Assembly: GCA_051362555.1 (NCBI GenBank)
Contig: CM120646.1
Coordinates: 3,658,001 to 3,722,000, forward strand
Source: Lingula anatina
Taxonomy: Eukaryota; Animalia; Brachiopoda
DNA length: 64,000 bases
Direction of reading: 5' to 3'
Shown here: positions 1 through 13,125 of the stretch, piece by piece
How the letters are laid out: every line of letters begins with the position of its first letter
Numbering within the stretch: the first letter of the stretch is position 1
The notes under the pieces: model-generated
Seen by the model: the letters and a program-made list of their open reading frames with translations, nothing else
Told to the model about the DNA's origin: nothing
Database searches by the model: none
Position numbers and translations under genes: made by a program

Positions 1-89
1 TTCCACTTCCGGTAGACGGTTTCGAGACTACGGTGAGTAACGAGAGAACTAACGACCGAACTTTACGACTGAACTTAGCGATGAGTTAA

Positions 90-2531
90 AGGACAATGTT
101 CATGTAAAAATCCATTTCTCGAATTTTGAAGATACAGCACTCAATCTATACACTAGAGGTATGTTTTAATCGATCCCCGCCATTTAAAAATTATAAAAAC
201 AATCTATTAGTTGAAAAAAAAGCGTTTTAGTAAACCTCACCTCAATATGCAAAAATGAAGCAACAGATCTGGGTCACGTGGTACTGTGACGACAATCACG
301 ATAAAGGTCTATGAGACTCAACTGAGCTGCATACAGACGGAGAAGTTAAGGAAAGTTGTGTTGAACGGAGTTGAGGAATTTTCGTTATGCCTCGGTGTGT
401 TGCCGTGGGATTCACCAATATTGCAGCTCTCGTTGACAATCTTTCTTTGTCTGTGACGGTCTTCCGTGACTTACTTACTAACTTCGGTGACAATAGTTGC
501 GATGCTCTAGATCATGGTCACCTCAGGTGGTTTAGATCATATCAAGAGCTGGTAGTCTTTCAGATTAATTGTCATCAGTTGGCAAACTTACTGATTGCTG
601 ATGCATTTTAAATGCATTGTAGTTGACCAAAAGCTCGTTTACAACAAACCTGTTAATTATGCACCGCTGCAATTCCCAAGCCAGGTAATAACAGGTATGA
701 AACTCGTCTTGGTGGGCTTTCATATTTTTCAAAATATCTCATTTATTTCAAGGGGTGATTTTATTGGTATTTGTAAATGACGTTAAATATCAATACTTAA
801 ACAATTAAGTTCAAACACGGTCGCGAACATTAATAAAAGAAATTGCTCTCAGGGTATCTTGAAGCTTCCGTGGAAGAAAACGTGTTGAGGAAAAACAGGA
901 AAAAGAGCGTTATATTAAAGAAAAAATGGGAACTGCTATAATAAAATGGTTCGTTATCCTAATTCGTTTATGCTTTGAGGATTTGTTTCTGAAGATTATT
1001 TCATCTGAAATATTAAATAATTTAAAAGATTGATTATTTTATAACTTGAAACGCAAATTCTGCGTCAGTACGCAATTTTTTTTTTTTTGCAAATTTGTAA
1101 GCTTATAACACCGTGCTATAAAGATCTACTCAAGAAAAAAATTTGCTTGGGTAAAATTGAGTACGGAATGAACTGGAGACACTTGGCTTGTCATTAAGTT
1201 TACACGAAAATATGTCAGGTAACTTTATACTGTCTTTGAAAGAGTAAAGATTGAAAGATAATTTTAGACAAACTTTGACGGGGGAAATACCTACAAAGAG
1301 TAATGGGCTATTTCGCCAACATCTTGTTGAAAATTTTACACTGCAATTCTATTCAAATAAGCTAAGGAACTAATTGCCAAATTAATAATCTCATCACATA
1401 ACAGGGGGGTAACCAGACCTGCAAAAATTGTACGCACATATTTAAAAAGATTACAAGCACATACAGCAAAATGTAGACTTACGCAAAACATGAAGGACAG
1501 CGTAATCACAGCAAATGTACCTCATATAGTAGCTTAATTTCCATTAATAATAAAATCATCATTTAAGTCAAAAATATTCTTGCGATTTAATAACTATTTT
1601 AATTTACCCAGAACGGTATATTTATTTTAAAGGCGGTTAACTGAAATATAGTTTTATGATTTGTTTGTGAAAATTGCCCATGTCACCCTGTTAGTTTGGA
1701 GGTCTAAGCTGGATCAAGTCCGTGTTAAAATTCCTATGAAGTTGTGCAGGAAAAATTCTTCCTTTCTTTCTCTAGCTCCTCGATAAACCTGGTGTTCAGA
1801 TTTTATCTAGTACCCCCAGGTCTACGGGAGCTGCGCTTTGTAACTGACGCACAGGTAGAATTTTACCTGAGATAACTGGAGTAAAGCTTAGATAGAGTGT
1901 GCGTTCGATACAAGCAAGACAAATTGAATGCCATTTAACCCTCTAATTAAGAGGTAAAGGAAGTTCCAGTTAGATGGATGATTAAGATGGGACTTGTAAA
2001 GGTAACGGGCATCGTTTACCTCAGTTTAAGAAAAGCATGCAAGACGGATAAAATAAAATGAATTTCACAAATAACATGGACCTCATATGCAATAATCAAC
2101 ATTTCCCTTAACTCATTCAAATGCAGTGTTTTATACAACTTGGGATAACCATAATGAAATGCTTGTTAAAGAAATGACTAGACGGGAAATGGTTTTACAC
2201 AGCTTCACGAGGATTTAGACCCCTCGGGTAAGAGATTTGAATGAGTATAAACTTTTATCAGAAGCCAGAGAAGTCATCTTACAGGTAGACAATGCAGCTC
2301 AGTTTGACAGCTAAGCACGCTCTGTTCTCCAGTGGCTCGATTGTCGTCATTGGACCACGTGACCACGTAGCTCATTAACTCCCAGGCCGAGCAAATAGGA
2401 CGTTTTTTAAAGCCAAAAATTTACAAAATGAGCTTTTAATTTGTGTATTTGGATAAAGATATCGTTAGTTGGGCATGTTTTCTGAAGAATATGTTCCGTT
2501 CAGGCCATTCTGACGGCATGAAGCAAACCCT
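90..2531. mobile_element. Kolobok-like non-autonomous DNA transposon
   Basis: TTAA flanks both ends (86-89 and 2532-2535). Imperfect termini AGGacaatgTTCATG / AGGgtttgcTTCATG (rev-comp). Inverted subterminal motif GGTCACGTGGT-n4-TGACGACAATC at ~272-297 and ~2339-2364. THAP-like start MPRCVAVGFTN at 387. Confidence 0.55.
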
Positions 2532-2535
2532 TTAA

Positions 2536-2640
2536 CTACTGCTTCGTGAAACACCCCTCGAAAATCGCTAAGTTTGCTCGTTAGCGAGGTAGTTCAGTAG
2601 TTAGTTGTTCTAACTAACTACTGCTTTGTGAAACCGGCCC
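2536..2640. mobile_element. Terminus of a PIF/Harbinger-like MITE (other part at 1-89 and beyond the window)
   Basis: Ends in CTTTGTGAAACCGGCCC followed by CAG, exactly where the Tc1 fragment resumes. Internal motifs (aactaac.ac.gaact, aacttagcgat) are shared in inverted orientation with positions ~45-82. Confidence 0.4.
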
Positions 2641-3173
2641 CAGGCTTGCTACCATCTATTACTAACATGTTTGGTGACAGGAATTATCCATTTGTTCACC
2701 AGGATGACAATGCTCCTTGTCACAGACCCAGAGCAATTGATGATTGGTTTGACCAACAGGACATTCGCAGGGTGATGTGGCCTGCCCAGAGTCCGGATGC
2801 AAACATAATAGAAAATGTGTGGAATGATATGTCAAAACTTTTGACAAATGCCCGTCTAACCAGCAGAGAAACTCTGTTATATTCAGTGTTTCATGCTTGG
2901 GTCAGCATAAGCCCTGAACGCATCAGACAATTATATGAATCCTTGCCTCGTAGACTGGCACCTATTATTAGGTCACGTGGTTATGCCACTAAGTACTAAT
3001 TTTGGACTTGAAGCTGCATATTTTGGTAGAATGTATATTTTGTTCTCATTTTGTGATTTTTTTGTGAAATTTGATGTTAATAAAATGATACCAGTAGCAT
3101 ATCATTCCACATTCATTTATCTCCCCCATAGTATTGTTTCAGTAGGGGTGACACTTCTATTGTCCAGTGTGTG
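2641..3173 (+). mobile_element. Tc1 transposon 3' fragment (same family as 15381..16760)
   Basis: ORF 2628..2999 contains QDDNAPCHR, WPAQSPDANIIENVW and RGYATKY. TIR GGGGTGACACTTCTATTGTCCAGTGTGTG at 3145-3173 is followed by TA. Near-identical to the reverse complement of 15381..15905. Confidence 0.92.
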
Positions 3174-3175
3174 TA

Positions 3176-5470
3176 CAGTCCGTTTTACTTCAACAAGATA
3201 ATTAGACATGTCATTACATACTTGAGACATTTAAACATCCGCCTATCATTATATGTTGATCATTTTCTTATTTGCGGACAATTAGATGTCATTCAGGAAC
3301 ACAAAAACATTGTGACTCAAGTATTACAAAACTTCAGTTGGAAAATTAATTGGGACAAGTGTTTATTACAGCCCTGTTATTCAGTGGAATATATAGGATA
3401 TCGAATAATTACAAAGACGAAAGAGGGGGTTCCTATTATAAAAGTTCCCTGTACCTGTATAAGAAATCTACATCGACTTATAAAGTATGCAGTAGAGACA
3501 CGTCATCTAACTGCACGTAGAATTGCAAAGATTGCAGGTACCTGTGTTGCTATGACTAAAGCAATCTTACCTGGTAAACTATTGCTAAGAAATACTTATC
3601 GTCTACTTGGCACACGGGAAGGCTGGGATGATGTACTAACGTTAGATGAGGGAACAGTTAAATATTTTGTGCAAACCAGTGGATCTTCAAATGGTAACCC
3701 ATGCCAGCCACATAGGATGGGGAGCAATACTAAATGGTCAAGAAGCCCAAGGACAGTGGGACAGCCCATGCACTCCAACGCCCGCGAACTAATGGCAGTA
3801 TTAATGGGCCTTCACTCATTCCGTTCACAAGTTCAGACCAAACATTTGCAAATTCTGTCAGACAATATCAGTACAGTAGCCTATTTAAATCATTTAGGAA
3901 GGCCAGCGAAACTTTTAACAGAACTGGCAGCCTCAATATGGTCCCTAGCATTCCACAGCAAAATGCACATATCGGCAAAACATCTTCCTGGAATACAAAA
4001 TCAGGGAGCCGACAGACTCAGTCGTTACGAGGGTCCCTACGAATGGCAATTAAACCCAAGGATGTTTCATTGCCTCGACCAGAGATGGGGACCGCACTCT
4101 TGCGATCGGTTCACCAGTATGTTAAATGCGCTGACACAAAATTACAACAGTTTGTACGCAGACCCACTCACAAGTGGGATATAGATGCCCTAGCTCAACA
4201 AGACTGTGTCAACCACAACAATTGGGTAAGTGCACCATTATTCCTACTAAACCAAGTGCTGCAAGTAATTGTAAAACAAAAAGCTTGGGCAACAGTAGTA
4301 GCTCCATGGTGGCCATCCCAACCATGGTTTCAGGTTCTACAGAATCTCTCAGTGTCGCCACCTTTCAAACTACGAAAACAAAAAGCCTTGTACAAGAATG
4401 TGAAGCCACTCATATATCCAGAACCAGTGAAAAACAGGAAATGGAACATATATGCCTGGAGGATATATGGCGGCGAAAACTTGTGAATAAAGGGTGGTCA
4501 GATCGTGCAGCAACACAATTAAGGTTCGCATGGACAGAATCCACTTTAATGACATACAAAAGAGCTATAAACAAATTAAAAAAGTTTTGTGTTATGAAAG
4601 AGGATGATTTCCCTTCTATACATTTTAACACCATAGTGGATTTCTTCTGTTCTGTTGCTGATTCCTCGGAAAGACCAAAGTCACAGCTGGCTATTGTTCA
4701 TGCCGCTCTCTTCCATTTATATGAAGAATATAATATAGATAACTTAATAACTATGCCAGAAATCATGCCTAAAATCTCAGACAAAAGCAGCCAGATGTAG
4801 ATCTAGAGTAATGCCAATTTCAGCATTCACGGGTATGTTTAGAAGTTGGAGTGACAATGAAACATTAAGCCTGGAACTACTTCAGCTTAAATGCATTGTT
4901 CTGCTATCCATATTATGTATGTGTCGACCATCAGATATCGCACCCACAGCTAAAACATTTGATCCTGTGCTGCGTAAAGTGGATAATAAAACATTTAATT
5001 TAGATCAATTGTGGTTATCAGAAAATGATGATTGTTTTAAGGTTTTATTCATGGGAATAAAAAATGACAGCGATCGGTCAGGATTTGAGATAACCATTGA
5101 TGTTGATGAAAAAGTGTGCAAAGTTAAACCCTGTGACAGTGTTGAGATGTTATATTAATAGGACTGAATGTCTTAGAAAACCAGGAGGCAAGGCTCTGTT
5201 CATTAACCTAAATAATCCAAGCAAAGCATTAACAGCAACTCAAATTGCTGTGTTTTAAACAAAGCCATTAAACTGGCAGGACGAGAAAATCAAGGGTTTT
5301 CGGCAAAGTCCTTCAGACCTACTGGTGCAACTCATGCAGTTCAACATTGCACACCAGATACTGTAATGAAACTTGGACGTTGGAAAACAAGATCTGTTTT
5401 TATGAACAGTTATGTGCATGATAAACCTCCTAAAGATTATTCTCGCCAAATGATCAGTGGTTCGTTATAA
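3176..5470 (+). mobile_element. DIRS-type tyrosine-recombinase retrotransposon, degenerate (RT, RNase H, methyltransferase-like domain, YR)
   Basis: RT: SPFYFNKIIR..LSLYVDHFLI. RNase H: SNARELMAV, ILSDNISTVAYLN, HLPGIQNQGADRLSR. MT-like: WGPHSCDRF, DALAQQD, VVAPWWPSQPWF. YR: CRPSDIA, KSFRPTGAT, KLGRWKT..YVH (~5300-5420). Several frameshifts. Confidence 0.88.
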
Positions 5471-5810
5471 CTTGTTACAACTTTTTTGAGGACTCTGTCA
5501 GTTTTGTTGTTCAGCCGCAGTAAAATTAATCGGAGTTTAATGATACCTTTGCATCTTTAATATACAGATGGTTTTAATGGACTGCTTCAAAAATTAGTCA
5601 TTGTTCTCAAGTTGTCATTTGTAATCTTAAATATATTTTTTACGTTAATTCTCTTTATTTGGTATTGTTTTTATTGTTAATAAAAGTTTCAACATGTTTA
5701 AAAACTAAAAATTTGTTAACGTAGATTTGTTAAAATTATAGTTAAGAATTTTAGTTTTAACATGCGACATCTTGTCTGGTGCTAAGTGATGTTATGTTTA
5801 CCTCTATCAT

Positions 5811-5814
<4 letters not shown>

Positions 5815-5872
<58 letters not shown>
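5815..5872. repeat. (TA)n microsatellite
   Basis: Uninterrupted TA run, lying between two copies of a ~65-bp duplicated segment (~5664-5725 and ~5925-5990). Confidence 0.95.
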
Positions 5873-5875
<3 letters not shown>

Positions 5876-6381
5876 GTAATTAGTCATCTTTCTGGGTTGT
5901 TTAGCATTGTGACAAGGATCGGCATTGTTTGTTTTTATTGTTAATAAAAGTTTCAACATGTTTAAAAACTAGAAAATTATTAACGTAGATGAGAGAAGAG
6001 TTTCATTAGCTCTATATGTATCAATTTAAATTATTGTTTTTCTTTTTATCAAGAGCTTCTAAAATATGTTAACGTAGATTTGTTAAAATTAAGTTTGGAA
6101 AATGTAACAATAAACACACATAAAAATTATCAGGGAAGAATCAACTACAGAAGAATTAACTACACAGAGTTGGAAAAGCTCCCTGTAATCCTGAATTGGT
6201 GGTTAAATAGCGTTGACATGAAGTCGTTTTTCGTGAGTTACACGCAAAAGAAGTGGGGACCTGTATCGTGGACGTGGTCTATTAAATTTTAGAAATTTAG
6301 ATTTGAATAAATATTATAAATATTTCTATATAAATTTAGAAAGCCATGCAAATTAAATATCTTACAATGATTTTTATATAC

Positions 6382-9300
6382 CTCAATATTTGTAACAGCC
6401 TGTGCATATGCAGATAGCATAAGTCCATGATGTCTGTGGTCGGCACCATCAAACATTCTAGCCTGCTCCATCATGTCTTCATAGAAGCCAATACTATCCT
6501 CTGCATAATAAATAACTAATTGATAATCGTGATAACAATGCTGTTTCTAAAAATATTAAAACAAAAGTTATACTTGAGATTTATAACTGATTGTACTGTT
6601 AATAACATCTACATGCTATGATTTGCCGTACTAAATGTCTTACAAACAACTAACACAACCGTGACTCCATTTTAAATGGATGTTTTCACAACTTAAATTA
6701 ATTTTTTCATCTACAACAGGTGACATGTTACCAAAAAGTCAAAACACAAAATCAAACAAATTAACTACAGTGGTAGTATACTCGACACATTTCTACGCCT
6801 GAATTTAAAATGAAACAACATACTTTGGAAAAAGTTGATGATAGGGTATTCTGCAAGCACAGCCACTTTGATAAAACTTTTGTAGCTGTCTTCAGTACAA
6901 TGCATCGCCTGTGTGAGCAGCTTCTCCAAGTTCTTCCATTCCACGTCCATTGTGGCAGTGGCAGTCTTTGAGTTCTTGGACTGCATTTGGACATTAACAC
7001 ACTGAAGAATATCTGCGAAAAACTTACTATAACGTAGCCTTACCTCTGAAAAGAACACAGTATGTTGACTTTAGAGACTCTAGAGTTCTCGTGGTAATGA
7101 GGGCTTATTTCCAGTGAAGGTATTGTTTTATGTAGATCGATCCAGCTCCGTCAAGACTCTTGCTATATGATATCAGATTAACAGATAAGCATGCCTCTCC
7201 TTGTTTCCAACATACCCGTACAATCGCCAGCTTTCTTGTATTCTTCGCAAAGGCAAGGGGGTTGTGTTAATCTGTTGATCTGGTCGCATTTAGCGAGAGA
7301 TCCCATGGAGTTGGATCCATCTACGTAAAACAACAGTTTCGTTGGAAATGAACCCTTATGCTCAAAACGATTTAGTCCTCTAAATGTGAATTTTGCTTCT
7401 ATTCCTTTGATATTACCATAAGCTCAGTAATTTCCTAAACTGCAGATAAAATTGACATCATCTACTTGTATTCAGAAACCTTTTAATACTTTGATAAAAC
7501 TTACCTGGCATTTCCCTTATCCGCACATGCTTTTCCACATATTCTCGTATCAACGAGTTGATGTCGTATCTCATCTTTTGTCTCTGCACTATGGACAATC
7601 CTGTTGATTCTTCTTGTATAATTGACACTCTTGATAGTTCTTTCACGACTTTAACGCCACCAGTTTCTTGCTTGATGTCTATGATATATATATTTTCCAT
7701 ATTAATTACGAATAACAATGGTACAACAGTAAATGCAAGCTGACATTTACATTGGGAACACAAGTTCGCACATTTAATTTTTATTGACGTGTATTAGAAA
7801 CAGTGTTAGTCTTGATGTGAATACTAACTAATTCACTAGCGCGAAAGATTTGGTCTTAAATGATGTTTGAAAATCACCCTTTGGCAATTGGACAATTAGC
7901 ACTTACTTGACAAGAGACCACCTTTTATCAACTCACACAATGGCCCTCTGGTTGGCTGAATGTGTGAGGGGGAATAATTGCTTTACCACTGTAGTGAAAG
8001 TTGGACTAATTATAGGCTTTTCTCACTGGGAGTTAGGTCGTTGTTGAACTTAAATACAGATCCCGTCCATTTTAAGATCACTCTGATAATCCTAAAGACC
8101 ACGTCAGACCAGTTCTGATCTGAAATTGCACTTTAAGACCAAATCAGGAGCACTAGTGCAAGCTTCGTCAACTCTTACCATGTGCAATACGATACACGAT
8201 ATAATAGAAGGCTTTTAACCTTCAACATGCACCATGTCTTTACTTGTATAAAATGAAAGTTTATTGTTTACTGTGAGAGCGAAAGAGAAAGAAAGAAAAA
8301 AGAGAGGGATAGAGTTAGGTTTAACGGCTGTTTCACGATCAGGGGTACAAAATAGGGGTCACCTTGAGTGAAAAATCATCCTTGATGCATGTGTTTTATT
8401 TTGTAACAAGCAAAAAGAATAACATCTTAACTATGAAAACCCAAAATTGTAGAGCACAACAACAATTAGTTTATGTGTTATGTTCAAATTAACATGACAC
8501 CCCTTTGGCTATGATTAGGGGGTACGGACACTTCACGTGCAAGAAACTGATGCTTTTATAACTGAAATAATATATTTTTTCCTGCTATTTGTGTCAATAT
8601 CAAATGAAAAATATTAAAATAAAGATCCAACAATTGAAAAGAAATAAAAATAAAACAAAAAAAGGAAGTTTTTGGAGAATCACCGCACTCCAGATAAACA
8701 GTTAAATGTATTCTTTCATTTGTAATGTCTTTAGGGTCAATTTAAATAAATCATGGCTGTTTGTGCTAATGCCTGGCATCAGATATGGATCGAGAAGAAC
8801 AAGGCTATCCAAAGACTCAGGAAAGGACATCCCATAGTGACAACTGGCAAAGGTTTTGGGTTTTCCACCTTGGATGGATGGATGGATGACTATGAACGTA
8901 ACTTGAGTCTCATCATTCTCAACATCTTGAACCTTAACACAAAATCAAATATATATAAATAAATATACACGTGTGTGTGTGTTTCAAGGTAATTTCCTTT
9001 AAAACTTATTAATACAGAAATATAACATATGAATGATTTTACACTTACTTTTTTCGGAATTTAAGTAGAAAATCACGGTAAACACAAAATTGCCATGGCA
9101 ATATCAACAGTAACTAAAACAAATATTTACCATGTAAGAGGTCAGTTAAGAAACTGAAAAAAACTAAAATATTAAATTAGTATATAATGAAAATAAAGGT
9201 CAGTTTGGTCTTTACAGAACTCTGCAGCAAACTTCTTCAGACCTTTTGCTTTGAGCGCAGCGTTACAACAAGGCTGACAAAGACATGTCCTCCGATTAGT

Positions 9301-12300
9301 CTCAGAGACTTTTTGTACTTGCTTTGGACGTAGCTTACAGAATGATGTCAGCCCTATCTTATCTCCTGGGTGTAGTTGTTTGCAAAAGCATCTTCCAAAG
9401 TTAGTGTCACATAATGTCTTTGAACCAACTCCGAGCCAACTTTCATCGCTGCTCTCTTGTCTGGAACCTCTCGGCTTATTTCAGCGCTCAAGTAGAAGTT
9501 TCTCACCCTTTCTTGGACACTTTCTGGTATCCTGTCTTTTCTTGGAGTCCGTTTTTTTGTTTTCCACCAGTGTGTATCCCTTAACTGTGACTGTTTGGAC
9601 TTCACTTCAAGATGTTTGCTCAGATTGGCCCTCTGCCTGTATTTGCCGCTTTTGAAAACTACTGACTTCAAGATGTTGTATGCTGTGCGTTTTTCAATAT
9701 AAATATCGGGTATATTTGGCAATATAATTAAATCAATGTTTTTAATTTTAATGCAAACAATAGCATCTTTATTGATATTATTTCTTTGCAGAATTTTTCT
9801 TGCTTGGCTTTAATTAATTAGTATTATTTTATCATATATATTTATTTTCCATATTTTTATCTAAGCATTAGACATGAATACATTGTATATAATTTAGAAC
9901 AATATTTTGTGCCATATTTTGAAGTTTTAGCATCATTGAACAGTAGTCAGTTATCCAATGGATAATGTATAACTTGGGGGTACGGACACTACAATAGGGG
10001 TACGGACACTACATTTGGCACGAAATTTGTGCATATCTTTTAATAATAAGGGGTTATGTGCAATTTTTTTCCTGCAAAATAAATGTCAGTGTAGACATTA
10101 TAGAATAATAAAATCAGACAGAATATGCTGTGATTCCTAAATAAAATAGATAGGGGGGTACGGACACTACAAAAAATAGGAGACACCAAGGGGTTCATGA
10201 TTATAAATACCATAGCATTAATAATAAAGGTTACATATGCACAACTCCTTTCTTATGTTTAAGTCATAACATGGTAAATTCATCTTATTATCACATAGGT
10301 GATTTCAAAGTAATATTTGGCCTTATCAAATATGTTTTTCATTGCATTAACAAAAATAAGTAAAATGTGTACAAAAGCCTGTTTCAGCAAAATGGTTAAA
10401 ATAATTTTTTTCTCAGAACATATCTTTGGAAGAACCTGCTAGAAGAGAAGACATATGTTGTGGGAATTATATACCAATATCATATTCACCATAAATCATT
10501 GACATAAAGAGCTAGTGCATCATATGTATGACCTAAGTTGCAAATGACCCATCGTAACAGCTAGAAATAGGTACTTTTTGGACACATAATAGGTCATTTT
10601 TTTGTAAATTGTAGTCCGATTATTATAATTCTTTTTTTATTTTGCTCCTATGAGCAGTGTCTTTGGTATCAGTCTATCAGCAATCTCCAATCATAAATTG
10701 TTAATTTATCAGACACTTGTAACATTAACCACATTTAATTGTTCACCCTGATCGTGAAACAGCCGTTAAGGTTAGGTTTACGTCAATAGCGAAGAAACTA
10801 GACACTTATACAATCCATATGTATCATGTAATATAATAAGCAGAGATTTTCTTCAGAGGCAGTAATATCTTTTTTTATACCATTTATCTTACACTGTTTT
10901 ACATCGGTCAGATCACACCGTTTCATTCGGGTATATATGTTCTTTCGAAATGACACAGATGATATAAAACCATACAGAAAAAAAAAAAAAACTGTAATTC
11001 AAGCTTCCCAGGTCTTTGCTTCATCAGTGTCACAAACTTTCATCAAATATAATAATGATTTCACAAGTCGTCTTAGTACTCTGATGGCTGTATATTATAC
11101 AGAATCATACATTCAAGATGCATCTATCCATACCCAAAACTGCAGCAACGGCCTCTTCGCTGAAATGACCAGGGATATAACCAATGGCCGCTAAGTGCTG
11201 TCTGAAAACTTCCGTCAGTCGTGCAAGGTGATTTCTTATCACTTTATCTTAGAAAAAAATAAAAAATAAAAAAACACACACACACATATCAGATGTACTA
11301 ACTAAATATAACCATTTTATATATTGTCTTTATCTTATTTTTACTTAGATAAAATGTTGACGTGTGATTTTTTCGATGTGATCATTAAATAAAAAGAATA
11401 CTTTATTAAATTTCTTCTACATTACATTTGATCACTTTTAAAGAGAGACAACGTAACTTGAAAGGGGGGAAATAATTTCCTCAATAGATATGCCTTTCAA
11501 GATTTTCCTAAACACATTTTTTGTCGTCCAGTATCTACCTTGGTTTAAATGCATAAAATAATTTGTCCCTGAGCGTTTCATTATCCAAAGTAATCCTACC
11601 TATTCTCTCAAAGTCCGAGAAACTCTCGTCGCTAAGAGCTTTCAACCGCTCTTCCTTCATGAGCTCCAACATTTCACTTGGGCTCAGACTACCGTCGCGT
11701 AGTATGCTCCCTGGGAAAATTCGAGGTATTTTCAGTATATTTCACAAAAAATAACAATAAGAATAAATATATAATTATAATATTAAAGTTTAAAGATCAA
11801 CGTCCTTAATTGTGTCTTTATATTACATTTTAGATAATGCTCATATATTCGACTTACCTACGATGATTATAGCAAGAGGCAATCTTGCACATTGTTCTGC
11901 AAGTTTAGTCAAAGTATTTTCATCTATAAATGGACCTTCATTTTCTGCATGTGAGTGAGAAAAAGTGTCGAGTAATAACGCTTTTGCGTCTGAAATACAA
12001 AGTGGCATTAAACTCTGCTCAAAATATACTCTATTCAGTCTTTCAAACTGAAACTTGGTGCGGGAAACGATGAAGACCCTTACATCAGGGCACTGTTTTA
12101 TAACATCAAACACAAACGTGAGCAGCACATTCTGCAGGTAATGGCTGACGCTTCTCGTAGTTGCCTCAGACTCAGCAATGTGCTCGCATTTTTCAAAGAT
12201 CAACACAGAAGGCGAACTTGTTTTCAAATGTGTAATGATTTGTCGCTGCAGCATGCGCTTAGGGGTTGATTCGTCGGCAAGCAAAGGCACTCTGTCTTCT

Positions 12301-12554
12301 GATAATTCGAGAGCAACATACTTAAATAAGTCTTTTGCATTGTTTACACTTTGCATACACACGAACTTAGTACATAGTTCACCATTATACCTCTTTGTAG
12401 ACACCTGTCTCAAAATCTCCCGCGTTAAGCTCGCCTTACCAATGCCGGGAGGGCCATAAATGCCAAATATCCGATGCTGTGTCCAAGAATCCGTTACAAA
12501 TTTTATTTCTTTTTCTCGGCCGATAAAGGTAGGGAGTTCTAAATGGATCGCCAT
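6382..12554 (-). CDS. STAND (NB-ARC-like) NTPase-TPR gene, copy A; exons 1-6 only in this window
   Basis: GT-AG exons 12554-11858, 11710-11600, 11247-11134, 7678-7505, 7045-6824, 6500-6382 are all in frame. Exons 2-6 match copy B in size; exon 1 is one codon longer. Motifs FIGREKE, GPPGIGKA, VLIFEKCEH, VSRT, RLPLAI. TPR exons 7-9 are not found before the DIRS/Tc1 stack, so they are either left of the window or lost. Confidence 0.8.
7101..7355. mobile_element. MITE (Harbinger-like) in intron 4 of STAND copy A
   Basis: Imperfect ~40-bp TIRs GGGCTTATTTCCAGTGAAGGTATTGTTTTATGTAGATCGATCC / GGATCCATCTACGTAAAACAACAGTTTCGTTGGAAATGAACCC. Absent from the homologous intron of copy B (~19140). Related sequence at ~38528-38750 and ~56120-56165. 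Confidence 0.7.
8322..10768 (-). mobile_element. TIR DNA transposon, Sola2-like, internally deleted
   Basis: Perfect terminal inverted repeat TAACGGCTGTTTCACGATCAGGG. TSD readable as AGGTT or TTAA. Transposase remnant 9722..~9240 (FYLSAEISREVPDK..QRHYVTLTLEDAF..FCKLRPK..RTCLCQPCCN). Repeated internal motif GGGGTACGGACACT at ~8518, 9977, 9997, 10156. Absent from the corresponding intron 3 of copy B. Confidence 0.75.
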
Positions 12555-12900
12555 GTTGTTTACCATTCGACACCTGATGCAAATAAAATAAGTACAGTGT
12601 GCCAACCCAGACATTGGTGTCTTGCAGGTGCGCGCATGTATTTATTTCCAGCCTATTAATGCACAAGGCCTACATCGAAAACATAGGGAAATCCGCTTAT
12701 TTGTCACGGATCTAAAAATACATGGGCTTTTCAAACTATGAATAAAGGTGTGGTAGGTGTAAACAATGCTAATGTTTACCAGCGTCTTTTCTTCATACGA
12801 GTACACGTATTGGTATATGTCGCAGGCCAGATTCAAATCGAAGTCACAATTTTAAATTCTGAATACATTAATCACGCCCAAACAAAGCCATTTTAATCTT

Positions 12901-13125
12901 AGATTACGTTTGAAATTCGATGCCCGTGCGGTGCACGTATACTGCCCGTAACACCCTTTTCGTACGCCGTCTAAGCGGAAGTAGACGGGGGCCGTGCGAA
13001 ATCACACGGTCGTACGGATTTAAGGGCACGTAATGAAGACATACTCGGCGTAACCCGTAGCTCTTTACGTTTTAAAATAATCGTACCGACAATTTCATCG
13101 CACGGCGCCCGTGTGAATGGAATCT
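12901..13125. mobile_element. Probable GC-rich MITE
   Basis: CpG-rich ~225-bp island with repeated GCCCGT/ACGG motifs and short imperfect termini (AGATTACGTT / AATGGAATCT) in an AT-rich background. Confidence 0.35.

Noticed and set aside
4050-4480. Stand-alone DNA adenine methyltransferase as a novel system
   Set aside because: It is the known MT-like domain of DIRS elements, in its usual position between RNase H and YR, and it is frameshifted.
9970-10175. CRISPR-like repeats GGGGTACGGACACTAC
   Set aside because: Irregular spacing, eukaryotic context and location inside a TIR transposon point to subterminal transposase-binding motifs.
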